Assembly (NCBI GenBank): GCA_035341015.1
Contig: DAOQUL010000003.1
Coordinates: 10,350-74,349, forward strand
DNA: 64,000 nucleotides
From: Anaerolineales bacterium
Lineage (GTDB): Bacteria > Chloroflexota > Anaerolineae > Anaerolineales > UBA4823
Direction of reading: 5' to 3'
Position 1 is the stretch's first letter, and every line of letters starts with the position of its first letter. Position numbers and translations under genes: made by a program. This document shows positions 1 to 11,300 of this stretch, piece after piece. Below the pieces are notes generated by a model. That model made no database searches. It saw only the letters and a list, made by a program, of their open reading frames with translations, and had not been told where the DNA came from.

Positions 1-384
1 GGCCGTATCACGGTTGACGACAACCTGGTGCTCTATCTGTTTGGCACGCCTGGACAACGCCGCTTCGACTTCATGTGGGAGATCTTGTCTGAGGGCATGC
101 TGGGCTTTATCGTGATGGTAGACAGCACCCGTCCTGAAACCTTCCGTGAGGCGCGCAATATCCTGGAAACATTCCGTGCATATGCACCAACCCCTTATGT
201 GGTTGTGGCAAACAAGCAAGACTGCAAGGATGCCTGGGACCTGGAAGATATGCGTATTGCGCTGCGCCTGGATGGACGGGTAAAGTTTTTGCCTTGCGTG
301 GCAACGGATAAAGAGTCGGTCAAGAATGCTTTGCTTGAGCTGTTGTACAGTATCCTAGAGGAAATGGAAAAGGGCGAGGGATAA
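1..384 (+). CDS. Small Ras-like GTPase of the CvnD/MglA-like (Roadblock-associated) type; 5' end outside window
   Basis: Frame 1 is open from base 1 (GRITVDDNLVLYLFGTPGQRRF...). G3 motif GTPGQ lies at nt 43-57 and G4 motif NKQD at nt 211-222; the stop is at 382-384. The P-loop would lie upstream of the window. Confidence 0.8.
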   Translation, partial: GRITVDDNLVLYLFGTPGQRRFDFMWEILSEGMLGFIVMVDSTRPETFREARNILETFRAYAPTPYVVVANKQDCKDAWDLEDMRIALRLDGRVKFLPCVATDKESVKNALLELLYSILEEMEKGEG

Positions 385-417
385 ACCACACCCCTTGACC
401 TGGTCTGGTTTGCGGCT

Positions 418-1326
418 GTGTCATCATTCACTACTGATCAGGGCATTGTTCATTACGAAGTCTACGGACGCGGGCGCCCGGTAATTTTGCTGCACGGGTG
501 GCTGGGCTCTTGGGGTTTGTGGCAAGAGACCATGGCCTACCTGGGGCGGTATTACCGTACCTATGCGCTCGATTTTTGGGGTTTTGGCGAATCGGGCACC
601 AAGCGCGATACCTATGCGGTACAAGATTTTGTCAGCCTGGTGGACCAATTCATGGAACAGTTGGGGATCAACCAGGCGCCTTTGGTGGGCCACAGCATGG
701 GGGGCACGGTCAGCCTTTCGGTGGCGATCAAGTATCCGGCGCGGGTGCGCAAGGTGGTGGTGGTGGGCTCGCCGATCGTGGGCAGCTCGCTTTCGCTGCT
801 GCTCAAATTAATGGGACGCCGGCCGATTGCCTTCATCACCTATAATAACATGTGGGCATTTAAGCTGGGCTTCCGCATGATGGCGCCCTTGTTTTCCAGG
901 GATCGTAACTGGGCGAATATGATGGATCGAGACGTATCGAGACTGACCCTCGAATCCTTCTTGATGAGCATTGCCTCGCTGCGGCGGACGGATCTGCGCC
1001 CTCTGTTGGGCCAGGTGAAGATCCCAGCCATGGGTATGTTTGGGCACCGGGATATTGTGGTGCACCCCAACCAGTGGAAGCCGATGTTGGAAGGGATCCC
1101 GCACGCGCGGATCGAACGCTTCCCTGATGCGGGCCACTTCATTATGCTTGATGAGCCGCAGCGCTTCATGGAAACGCTGCGCGATTTCTTAGACAGCCCC
1201 ATTGCGCAGCCGGGCAGCGAACAGCCTGCGGCAACTGGGCGAACAGCCGCCAGCGAGCCCGGCGCGGTTGTACCTGGCTCTGGTTCACCCCCCTCTGTGA
1301 AAAGTTCGACACCCCCGGCAGTATGA
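418..1326 (+). CDS. Alpha/beta-fold hydrolase with intact catalytic triad and a Pro/Ser/Ala-rich C-terminal tail
   Basis: GTG start. HGW motif at aa 26-28; nucleophile elbow GHSMGG with Ser93 at nt 694-696; HRD and AGHF acid/His motifs near the C-terminus. The stop overlaps the next start (ATGA at 1323-1326). Confidence 0.85.
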   Translation: MSSFTTDQGIVHYEVYGRGRPVILLHGWLGSWGLWQETMAYLGRYYRTYALDFWGFGESGTKRDTYAVQDFVSLVDQFMEQLGINQAPLVGHSMGGTVSLSVAIKYPARVRKVVVVGSPIVGSSLSLLLKLMGRRPIAFITYNNMWAFKLGFRMMAPLFSRDRNWANMMDRDVSRLTLESFLMSIASLRRTDLRPLLGQVKIPAMGMFGHRDIVVHPNQWKPMLEGIPHARIERFPDAGHFIMLDEPQRFMETLRDFLDSPIAQPGSEQPAATGRTAASEPGAVVPGSGSPPSVKSSTPPAV

Positions 1327-1955
1327 ATGCGGAAATGAAAGCAGCTTACTACTATCCGAATAAGCTGGGGCGAATCATCCTCCTATCCATGGAGGAGATC
1401 ATCGGCCGCACCGGTGTGAATGCGATCTTGAACCAGGCCAACCTGGCAGAGCTGATCAACCATTACCCGCCCAATGACCTGGATCTGGCGGTGCGTTTTG
1501 AAGATGTGGCCCGGATGCAGGTGGCCTTGGATGCCATTTACGGGCCGCGCGGCGGGCGGGGCCTGGCATTAAGGGCCGGGCGGGCCTGCCTGAAGCACGG
1601 CTTGCGCGAGTTCGGGCCGCTGTTAGGTTTGACTGACCTGGCTTTCCGCCTGCTACCGCTGGAAGAAAAGCTGCGCACCGGTGCGGCGATCTTTGCCGAT
1701 ATCTTTAACCAGTATTCAGACCAAAAGGTGGTGGTTAAAGAAGAAGCAGATAAGATTTTGTGGATCATTGAGCGCTGCCCGGTGTGCTGGCAGCGCAAGG
1801 CCGACAGCCCGGTGTGCCACCTGGCGGTGGGCTTGCTGCAAGAAGCCTTGTATTGGGTCAGCGGCGGCAAGTATTTTGATGTAGAAGAGACCCGCTGTAT
1901 CGCCCAGGGCGACGATGCCTGTGTGATCACGATTGGGAAGCAGGCGTTGGATTAG
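1323..1955 (+). CDS. V4R (4-vinyl-reductase-type) domain protein, a putative small hydrophobic-ligand binder
   Basis: The C-terminal half carries the Cys-rich V4R signature (ERCPVCW...SPVCHLAVGLLQEAL...RCIAQGDDACVI). 210 aa with no TM segment. Confidence 0.7.
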   Translation: MNAEMKAAYYYPNKLGRIILLSMEEIIGRTGVNAILNQANLAELINHYPPNDLDLAVRFEDVARMQVALDAIYGPRGGRGLALRAGRACLKHGLREFGPLLGLTDLAFRLLPLEEKLRTGAAIFADIFNQYSDQKVVVKEEADKILWIIERCPVCWQRKADSPVCHLAVGLLQEALYWVSGGKYFDVEETRCIAQGDDACVITIGKQALD

Positions 1956-1994
1956 CTTGAGTGCGGTAAATCGGATGGTGGTTTTGGGAGCACT

Positions 1995-3272
1995 ATGCTA
2001 AAAATCATTTTACAGGATCCTCGATACCTGACGCCGTTCAACGAGCGAGCCAGGGATATTCGCATCATGAACAAGCCTTTGTGGCTGTCGCAGCGTGATG
2101 TGTTGATGCCCTATACGCATCGCGAGTTAGAGCTGCCGTTTGGGGCCTCGCTGCCGCAGACGAACGAGGAGTGTATCGTTTACCGCGATAACCTGTTTTT
2201 TGACGCGTTCTATATCCAGGCTTTTATCGAGAAAGCCAAGGAAGTGGGCGGGGCCTGCCGGGCAGCTTTTACCACCGATGACCCGTCTTTTCGTGAGCAC
2301 GCCCTGCCGCTTTCGGTCTCGTATACCCCCGAAGGCGAATATTACCTGGCTGACCTGTGGTACTATCCCAATGGGCCAGGCGAGCCAGCCAAAGCGTTGT
2401 GCGTGGATACGCTGCCGATCGAGGCGGGGTATTATCACGTGCCCACCTACATGGCATACGAGCAGGGCGACCTGACCTTTCAGGTGCCTCGCCGCAGCTT
2501 GCTGGCGCTCGATACCTGGGTGCACATCTTCATTGCTGATGTGGTTTACGGTTTATTCGCACGCGGAGCGCGCTTTGAGCACAGGTTAGACAACAACTTG
2601 TTCTTTAAGCTAAGCGTTTTGGCAAGGGCCATGTACGAAGGCAAACAGGTGCTGGATTGCTCGAAGGTGGTGCAGATCGGCAAGAACTGCACGATCGACC
2701 CCAGCGCGGTCATCCACGGACCGACCTCGATCGGGGATAATGTCACGATCGGGGCGGGGGTGGCAATTGAGAACTGCGTGATTGGGGATAACGTGAACGT
2801 GGGGCAGGGCTGCCAGTTGATGCTGTCGGTGGTGGGCGATGGAGCCTTCTTGCCGTTCCGGGCTGCTTTGTTCATGACCACCTTTATGGATAACAGCATG
2901 GTGGCGCAGAACACCTGCCTGCAGATGTGCGTGGTGGGGCGCAACACGTTCATCGGGGCGGGCTCAACCTTTACCGATTACAATCTTCTGCCATCACCCA
3001 TCCGGGCGATGGATGGGCATGGCAAGCTGGGGCATGCCAACCGGCCGGTGCTGGGGGGCTGCGTGGGGCATAACTGTCGCCTGGGGGCAGGCATGATCGT
3101 CTTCCCGGCGCGCACGATCGAGTCGGATGTGGTGGTGTTCGCATCTAAAGAGAGGCGGGTGATTGATAAGGATCTCCATTTTGAGGACAGCGACCATCAT
3201 GGGCTAAAGTTCTCCAAGCTCCATCCCCGGTTATACCCACGGCCAGGTGAAGCGAGCGAGGAGTCCTGGTAG
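1995..3272 (+). CDS. Left-handed beta-helix (hexapeptide-repeat) transferase-like protein with an unassigned 220-aa N-terminal domain
   Basis: Consecutive hexapeptide repeats (IGKNCTIDPSAVIHGPTSIGDNVTIGAGVAIENCVIGDNVNVGQGC...). GGGAG Shine-Dalgarno sequence 5 nt upstream of the ATG. I saw no nucleotidyltransferase GxGxR motif in the N-terminal part. Confidence 0.6.
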   Translation: MLKIILQDPRYLTPFNERARDIRIMNKPLWLSQRDVLMPYTHRELELPFGASLPQTNEECIVYRDNLFFDAFYIQAFIEKAKEVGGACRAAFTTDDPSFREHALPLSVSYTPEGEYYLADLWYYPNGPGEPAKALCVDTLPIEAGYYHVPTYMAYEQGDLTFQVPRRSLLALDTWVHIFIADVVYGLFARGARFEHRLDNNLFFKLSVLARAMYEGKQVLDCSKVVQIGKNCTIDPSAVIHGPTSIGDNVTIGAGVAIENCVIGDNVNVGQGCQLMLSVVGDGAFLPFRAALFMTTFMDNSMVAQNTCLQMCVVGRNTFIGAGSTFTDYNLLPSPIRAMDGHGKLGHANRPVLGGCVGHNCRLGAGMIVFPARTIESDVVVFASKERRVIDKDLHFEDSDHHGLKFSKLHPRLYPRPGEASEESW

Positions 3273-3275
3273 CCT

Positions 3276-4367
3276 GTGGATACCTTTGCGTTCATTATTC
3301 ATCCAATTGATCCCAAGCGTGACATTAGCCGGAAATACCCCTTCTTAGCCCGAATCGTCAACGACTGGATCATTTATGAGGTAGCACCCTTCTTTCCGCC
3401 GGTTTACCTGTCTGAGGTGAATGGGATCACCTCGGCGGCGACCGGGAAGGAGATCAAAGGCTGGTTGATTGCCTGTCCATTGGTACCAAAACACTTTTTT
3501 CGGTTGCCAGAAAAGCGAGTCTATCGTAAGATTATAGAAACTGGTCGTTTAGCTGAGAAACTTGGTGCTAAAATATTAGGGCTAGGAGCATTTACATCGG
3601 TCGTTGGGGATGCGGGCACCACAATTGCAAAGGCGCTGGACATCCCCGTCACAACAGGAGATTCGTACACGGTGGCAGTGGCTGTGCGGGCCATCCGGCA
3701 GGCGGCAGAGATGATGGGCATCCGGCTGGGAAGTGCTACGGCAGCGGTTGTGGGCGCCACGGGTGCGATTGGTAAAGCTTGTTCGGCGTTATTGGCAAAT
3801 GAGGTGGCTGATCTGTATATGGTTGCACGCCACGAATCCGAACTGGCACAATATCGAGAGCAGATGATTGCAGGTGGTGCGAGCGCCAACCTGCATGTTA
3901 GCACGAATATCGATGTGTTGCGAGAGGCGCAGTTGATCTTGACCGTGACAAGTGCCGTACACAGCGTGATCGAGCCAGAGCATTTGCAGCCGGGGAGCGT
4001 GGTTTGTGACGTGGCCCGGCCGCGAGATGTATCGCAGCAGATTGCGGCGGCGCGGGATGACGTGTTGGTGATCGATGGCGGGATGATCGACGTGCCCGGA
4101 GATGTAGATTTCCACTTTAACTTTGGTTTTCCGCCCGGCAAAGCATATGCTTGCATGGCCGAGACGATGGCTCTGACACTGGAGGGCCGCCTGGAGGATT
4201 ACACTTTAGGGAAAGGGATTACACTGGATCGTATTAATGAAATTACAGCCATCGCTGACCGGCATGGCTTTAAGCTCAGCGGCTTTCGCTCTTTTGAGCG
4301 GCCGGTAACTGAGGAACAAATCGAACGTGTGCGCCAGAATGCCAAACAGAGAAGAGGGCATTCTTAA
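3276..4367 (+). CDS. Acyl-ACP reductase (AAR)-like NAD(P)-dependent oxidoreductase
   Basis: Collinear with my recollection of cyanobacterial AAR: FAFIIHP N-terminus, LGLGAFTSVVGD, TTGDSYTVAV, Rossmann motif VVGATGAIGKA, and C-terminal ACMAETMALTLEG...ADRHGF. GTG start 3 nt after the previous stop. Confidence 0.65.
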   Translation: MDTFAFIIHPIDPKRDISRKYPFLARIVNDWIIYEVAPFFPPVYLSEVNGITSAATGKEIKGWLIACPLVPKHFFRLPEKRVYRKIIETGRLAEKLGAKILGLGAFTSVVGDAGTTIAKALDIPVTTGDSYTVAVAVRAIRQAAEMMGIRLGSATAAVVGATGAIGKACSALLANEVADLYMVARHESELAQYREQMIAGGASANLHVSTNIDVLREAQLILTVTSAVHSVIEPEHLQPGSVVCDVARPRDVSQQIAAARDDVLVIDGGMIDVPGDVDFHFNFGFPPGKAYACMAETMALTLEGRLEDYTLGKGITLDRINEITAIADRHGFKLSGFRSFERPVTEEQIERVRQNAKQRRGHS

Positions 4368-4386
4368 TTTTTTATGGGAGGCTGAT

Positions 4387-5274
4387 ATGGGAAAAGCCCG
4401 ACTACTGATTGTAGAAGACGATAGTGACATCTCAAACATGCTGCAAATATACTTCACAGGCCAGGGCTACGAAGTGGATGTGGCACCACGCGGGTCGGCG
4501 GCGTTGGAGAAAACACGCATCAACCTGCCGCACCTGATCGTGTTGGACATCATGCTGCCTGATATCGATGGCTTTGAGGTATGCCGCATCTTGCGGACCA
4601 ACACACGCACCAGCCATGTGCCGATCATCTTCCTGACTCAGAAGGATGAGCGCAGTGATAAGCTGGCGGGCCTGGAGTTGGGGGCAGATGACTACATCAC
4701 CAAGCCCTTCGATATTGAAGAGCTCAAACTGCGTGTGCAGCGTGCCATCTCGCGTGCAGAACAGCAAAGCCTGACAGACCCGCGTTCGGGCCTGCCTGCC
4801 GGCCGCTTGATCGAAGAACAGCTTCGCCGCATCATCCGCCAGCAGAATTGGGCCTTCATGGATGTGCGCGTGAATCACTTCGAGCCGTTCAAAGAAGCTT
4901 ATGGCTTCGTGGCTGGTGATGACGTGCTGCGCTTTGCGGCCATGCTGATCGGCGAGGTGCTGGATACCAAAGGCACCCCCAACGATTTCATTGGCCATGC
5001 CGGCGGTGATAACTTTGTGGTCATCACGGCTGAAGAGACGGCTGCCATGATCTGCGAGACCCTCAAAACCCGCTTTGCAGAAGAGGTCTTGTCGCATTAC
5101 AGTTTCATTGACCGTGAGCAAGGGTTCATTCGCACGGTGAATAAAGAAGGGCAGCCCGAAGAGGCACCTTTGATGAAGCTGGCGATTGGCGTTGTGTCGC
5201 CAAGTGAATACCAGTTTGCAGATATTCGCGAGATCACCGAGCTGGCTGCTGAAGCCCGGCGCAAAGATAGCTAG
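4387..5274 (+). CDS. Response regulator: receiver domain plus degenerate GGDEF-like output domain
   Basis: The REC domain has acceptor Asp54 (IVLDIM, nt 4546-4548). The C-terminal domain follows the GGDEF fold pattern, but the signature reads GGDNF (nt 5002-5016) and the upstream metal-binding DxD position reads VRVNHF. I chose ATG 4387 (MGKARLLIVEDD) over the longer ORF start at 4327. Confidence 0.8.
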   Translation: MGKARLLIVEDDSDISNMLQIYFTGQGYEVDVAPRGSAALEKTRINLPHLIVLDIMLPDIDGFEVCRILRTNTRTSHVPIIFLTQKDERSDKLAGLELGADDYITKPFDIEELKLRVQRAISRAEQQSLTDPRSGLPAGRLIEEQLRRIIRQQNWAFMDVRVNHFEPFKEAYGFVAGDDVLRFAAMLIGEVLDTKGTPNDFIGHAGGDNFVVITAEETAAMICETLKTRFAEEVLSHYSFIDREQGFIRTVNKEGQPEEAPLMKLAIGVVSPSEYQFADIREITELAAEARRKDS

Positions 5275-5315
5275 AGCAGGGTGGGTCTGCTGACGGCCTG
5301 ATTCTCCCTGCCCCT

Positions 5316-8300
5316 ATGGGGTTTGTTTTGCATATGTTTGGCTCGGATTCGCTCACCTTTGGCGTTACAGTGGTTATCCTGGCGTTGGCCTTAGCCGGGG
5401 TGGCTTTGCTGTTCTTGCGCGTGGTGCCGCGAATCCTGGCACTTCAACAGCCTCCATCTTCTTCTCTTCTTACAATTGATATCCCGGCTTCGGATGACGC
5501 CGTGCTGCTGGTCGAAATTGGCGGGCGCGTGCGTTATACCAATCCGGTGGCGCGCGATTGGCTTGGCTATGGCGATGAAGAGCCTAACCTGGAACGCCTG
5601 GCCCGGCGCACTCGACCGAGCGACCTGTTCTTAGGATTGTGCGGTTCTGAGGGGCAGGCGCGCTTTTCGCTTGACGGTCGTTTTGTAGAAGGCACTTCTT
5701 ATTTTGTGCCGCCCAGCAATGGCAAGAGCGGCGCGTACCTGGTGTCGCTGCGCAGGCCGCAGGTGACGGCGATCACCAATGGCGAAGCGGATGCTTCGGA
5801 GCATACCCTGCACATCTTTGCCGAGCTGAGCCAGACGATGGCCTCTAGCCTGGACCTGGAGACCACGCTGTATGCTATTCTGGAGAGCGTGGAACGCCTG
5901 ATCCCATCTGATTTTCCTGAGATCACGGTTTGGGATGCGGCGAAAAAGAATTTACAGCCCTTCCACTTTATTGGTATGCCGGGGGTGGATCGCCGCCTGG
6001 AAGAAACGCAAGAACGTTATGCGCCCGATAAGGGTTATTCGGGCTACCTGGTGACAGAGCGTAAGCCGCTTTTGATCAACGATGTAGATTCCTTCCGTGA
6101 GGTGCGCCCCTCAGTTGTTCGTAAGCAGTATCCCTTCAATTCGTACATGGGTGTGCCGCTGGTAGTAGCCAACGAGCTGGTTGGAACGCTGGAACTGGCC
6201 TCTTTGGGTAAGCAGGCTTTCAACGAGTCAGACCTGGAGGTGCTGCGTGTTTTATCGGGCCAGGCGGCTGTGGCGCTGCATAATGCGATCCTGTTCCAGG
6301 GTGAACAGCGGCGCATCTTAGAGCTTTCGGGCCTGGCGAAGCTGGCGCAGGCCACGGGGCTGGTGCGCGACACCCAAGACTTCTTTGCTCGCCTGATCGA
6401 GGGGATTGAGCCCCTAGTAGACGCCCATACGATCGGCTTTTTGACTTATGACGAGTCAAAACGCCGCCTGCAGGCGCAAGCGCCGTTCAAGGGCATCCCG
6501 GTTGAATTTGTGGCGCTTTACGAGGTGCCCATCCCGCCGGGCAGCCCGGCTGAGGATGTGCTGCTGGCGCAGGAGATGATTGTTGCCCCGCAGGCTACGG
6601 AAGATGAGCGCCTGGTGGCGCTGGACCTGGCGCATCTGGCACAGGCGGCGGGCATCCAAAACACGATCTTGATGCCGCTGACCTCTGTGGGGCGCTTCTT
6701 GGGTTATTTGCAGGTGGCTGATAAGCGCGATGGCCAGCCATTCAACCAGGATGACCTGCGGGTGCTGACGATTGTGGCGGGGCAGGCGGCGACGGTGATT
6801 GAAAATGCCACCCTGGTGCGGCAGTCTCAAGAACGTGCTCAGCGTTCTGAAGCCATGCGCCGGATTGCCTCTTTGACCGGCTCTGTGGCAACGGTGGATG
6901 AGATCTTATCGTTCTCGCTGCGAGAACTGCTCCACCTGCTGCGGGCCGATGCCGGGGCGATCTTCTTGCTGGACGAGAACCGGGCCGAGTTGCGCGTGCA
7001 CAAAGAGTCGCTGCATGGTATTGAGGCTGAGACGGTGGGGCGCATGGGGCGTATTTCGATGAACGACCCCGATTTCCGCCTGACCGTGACCGCCACGCAA
7101 AGGCCTTTCTTCAGCGATGATCTTTCTGAAGAAGCCATGCCCATGCAAACCTATGCCAACATTGCCACGGCCTTCGGGATGAAGTCGGCGATCATTGTGC
7201 CGATCGTGATCCGTGAGCATGGGATTGGCGAATTGATGCTGGGCAGCCGGTCGAAAGATTTCTTTGACCGGAGCGACCTGATCTTGATCTCGACCACTGC
7301 CAGCCAACTGGCAGCGGCGGTTGAGAAATCTACCCTTTATACGCAGACGGACGAGAGCCTGCGCCGCCGGGTGGAGCAGCTTTTGGCCCTGACGCGCGTC
7401 AGCCGGGAGCTGAACACCAACCTGAAGCTTGAATCGCTGCTCCAACTGGTTTACGATGAGCTGCTGCACACCACCCAGGCGGGCTGCGGTACCATTTCAT
7501 TGTTTGAGCTGCAAGACCGCTCGACGGGCAAGCCGCGCCTGCTGCTTTCATTGGGTGATCCGGCAGAGACTGAGCTGAGCCACCTGGAGCAGTTGGTGCT
7601 GACAAAAGAAGAGCCGATCATCGTGGACGATTATGACCATCCAGATGAGGCGCTGGGCAGCGATGTAAAGCCGCCGCATGAAGGGATCCGCTCTTCACTG
7701 GTGGTGCCGATTGCTTACCAGGATGACCTGGCGGGCCTGATCCATTTGCACTCTCGAACGGTTGGGCATTTTGATATGACGGCCCTGGATATCACCCAGG
7801 CCCTGGCTACGCAGGCTTCCATTGCCATTGGCAATGCCATTCGCTTCCAAGAACAGAAGCGGCGCAATGAGCTGTTGAACCAACGCGTTGAAACGATGTC
7901 GAAGCTGGTGGAGGCTTCTCAGGTGCTTTCGCCAGACCAGCCGTTGGAGGATGCCCTGGAGGCGATTGCATACGGCATTCAGGATTCCACGCCCTTTAAT
8001 GTGGTTTTGATCAGCGTGTACAACGCCGAGGGCAATAATTTGATCCGCGTGGCGGGGGCGGGCCTGCCGCTGGCTACCATGGAAGAGTTCCGCAGCCGGC
8101 CCCAGCCCTGGGCCTCGATTAAAGAGATGCTGGACCCGCAGTTCAAGTATGATTACGCCTACTTCATCCCGTTCGAAAAACGCCCGGTGACGCCAACCGA
8201 CCTGCACTCGGTGACGGTTTTGCCGCTGGACGAGAGCAGTGTGAGCAATGAACAGGCCTGGCATCCGAAAGACTTCTTGCTGATCCCGCTCTTTACCAAG

Positions 8301-11300
8301 GGCGAGCGCCCGCTGGGCATGATCAGCGTGGATGCGCCGCGCACCGGGCTGCGCCCCGACCGGCCGACGATTGAGACTCTGGGCGTGTTTGCCAGCCAGG
8401 CGGCGCTGACCATCGAGAGCCACCAAGAGCTGCGCAGGCTGGAAGAACAGGCGCGGGAATTGCAGAATGAGACCGCCCGGGCGCGCCAGGCCCTCGAAGC
8501 CTCGCAAACTTATGTGCCGGTTTTGATGCACAAAGACCTTGAACAGACCATTGCTATCCAGGGATTGAACCAGCGTGGGCGCCGCATCCAGGCGGCTTTG
8601 GATATTGCCGAGCTGATCAACCGCCAGGCAAGCCGCGACGATGTGCTGCTGACGCTGGGACGTGAAGTGTTGACCCGCATGGATTTGGATATGGTGCTGG
8701 TGGGCGAGATCAGCGCGGGCGGGCCGCATTTGCTATACACATTGGGGGCCCTCTCGTCGCCTGGCTTGAACGTTGAGTCGCTGTTGGGCCAGCGCAACCC
8801 GCTGCGATCGGCGTTGCAGGGCGGCGAGATCATCCTGGTTTCTAACGTCGAGGAAAGCGCAGATTGGAAGTCTTCACCGCTCTTGGCTTCGCTGGAGGCC
8901 AAGGCTTTCGTCAGCCTGCCGATCTTGGTGAATGAGCAGGTGGACGCGGCGCTCTTGGGGGTCAGCCGTTCGATGATGAACCCGCCAACCGCCGAAGACC
9001 AGCACCTGTACAACCTGTTATGCCGCCAGGCGGCGATCTCTTTGGAGAATTTACGCCTGCTGACAGAAACCAACCGCCGCTTGCAAGAAGTGAACCTGCT
9101 GTTAGAGTTCAGCCGCCAGCTTGGCACCCTCGATTCGGCCAGTGTGCTGCGCACGCTGGTAGAAAGTGCCCTGCAGGTGGTGCCTAATGCGCACGCCGGC
9201 ATGGTGGCCCTCTGGCAGGCAGAACAAGATGCCTTGGTGGTGCAGGCGGCCTCTGGTTATATTGATAATAACCGTATTCTTGAGATTCCCTATAAGGCCG
9301 GGCAGGCGCTGCCGGGGCAGGCGTTTGAGCGGGGCGAGGCCATGCGGGTGGACGAGGTGGATTTTGCCCGCGATTACAACCTGCCCTCTGAGTATTTGCT
9401 GATCTACCGCGATGCCACCGAGGGCCGCCTGCCGGTTTCGAGCCTGTTGGTGCCCATCCAGACCGGTGATAATAAGCTGGGCGTCTTGGTGCTGGATAAT
9501 TTCAAGGCTTCGTCAGCTTTCACGGTTGAGGACCAGGCTTTGATCGCTTCACTGGCGCGCCAGACGGCCCTGACGCTGGAAAACGTGCGCTTGTACCAGG
9601 CATCAGAACAGCGCGCGGTGCAGCTCTTGGCGCTGACGCAGGTAGCCGGTACGATCACTTCGAGCTTGCAGACCACGGACCTGATCAACTCTTTGCTAGA
9701 CCAGGCCAAGAACATTTTGCCGTACGATACGGGGACGCTCTGGCTGCGCCAGGGCGACAAACTGACCGTGCGCGCGGCGCGCGGCTTTGAAGACAGCGAG
9801 CAGCGCATTGGATTATCGGTGGCGGTGGCTGACAGCTTGCTGTTGAAAGAAATGGTGAACACCAGCCAGCCTCTGTGCGTGGGCGATGTGCGCGAAGACC
9901 CGCGCTTCCCATCCTTGATCGAACACCAGTACCTGTCGTGGTTGGGTGTGCCGTTGATCTCGCAAGGCGAGGTGGTGGGGGTGATTGCGCTGGAAAAGAC
10001 CGAGCCCGATTTCTACGGGCCAGAGCATATTGCCTCGGCGGTGACGTTTGCGGGGCAGGCGGCGGTTGGCCTGGTGAACGCGAACCTGTACGAAGAAAGC
10101 GTGCGGCGGGCGGCCGAATTGGATGAGCGCACCCAACGCTTGAGCCTATTGAACCGCCTGTCGGCAGAGTTGAGCGGTTCGCTGGATGTGGAATATATTG
10201 TGAGCGTGGCAATTGGCGAGCTGGCCCGGGCGGTGCCCTGCACGATGGTGTCGGGCGTGCTCTTCGATACCGATGAACGCGCCATGGTGCTCGCAGAAAC
10301 GCCCCAGGTGGCTGTCAAGTATCCGGTTGCCCTGCCTGAAAATGAAGTATATAGCCGTATTCGCGAATCTTTGGGCGTTTACTCGGTGGAAGATGTGACC
10401 GAGGAAAGCTTGCTGGCTTCGCTCAAGGCATTCTTTAAAAAGCGCTCGACGCGGGCTTTGTTGATCTTGCCGTTGGTGACCGGCAATTACCTGCACGGCA
10501 TGATGTGGATCCAGGCAGATAAGCCTTACCGCTATGATGCGGATGAGGTGGAGACGGCACTGACGATTGCCAACCAGGTGGTGGTGGCGATCCAGAATGC
10601 CCGCCTGTTTGCAGAGACCGAACGCTTGTTCGCCGAGACCCAGCAGCGCAGCGAAGAGCTGGGGACGCTGTTTGACATGGGTGTCAACATTACCCAGGTG
10701 CTCGATCAGCAGAAGTTGATCGATACCACCTTTGAGAATACGATCCGCTTGCTAAAGGCTGATTCAGTGGGCCTGGTGATGACAGGCGATACCGAGAACC
10801 TGGTCATTCGAGCCCTGGATCAGGGCGAAAAAGTTGGCCCAATGGCCATCCCGCGTTCGGGGAACAGCTTCAGCGAATATGTGCTGCAGAACGGCGAGCC
10901 TCTGGTCATCCGCGATATGGATACGGAGCGTGAGACTTTGCCGGTGAAGGGCTATACGATTGGTTCGCCGGTCAAGAGCTGGTTGGGCGTGCCGCTGACG
11001 GTGCGTGGAACAACGAACGGCGTTCTATCGGTGCATGCTTACCATCCTCATGCCTTTGGCGATGCACAGTCGCAGTTGCTCAGCCAGGTGGGTAACCAGT
11101 TGGCTGTGGCGTTGGATAATGCCCGCTTGTTTGAGACGGTGCAGACTTACGCCGCCGACCTGGCCAAGCGCGTTTCTGAACGCACGCAAGAGCTGGAGAT
11201 TGAGCACAACCGCACGCAAACCCTGCTCAACATCATCACCGAGCTCTCTGCCAGCCTGGACCTGGACCTGGTGTTGAATCGCACCCTGGCTGTTTTGAAC

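Noticed and set aside
7695-8729. 344-aa minus-strand ORF inside the giant kinase gene. Similar minus-strand ORFs occur at 6906-7469, 8510-9202 and 11025-11933.
   Set aside because: These ORFs are antisense to a gene with unmistakable GAF and HisKA motifs. Their translations are Arg/Gln/His/Leu-rich and motif-free, as expected for the stop-poor antisense frames of GC-rich coding DNA.
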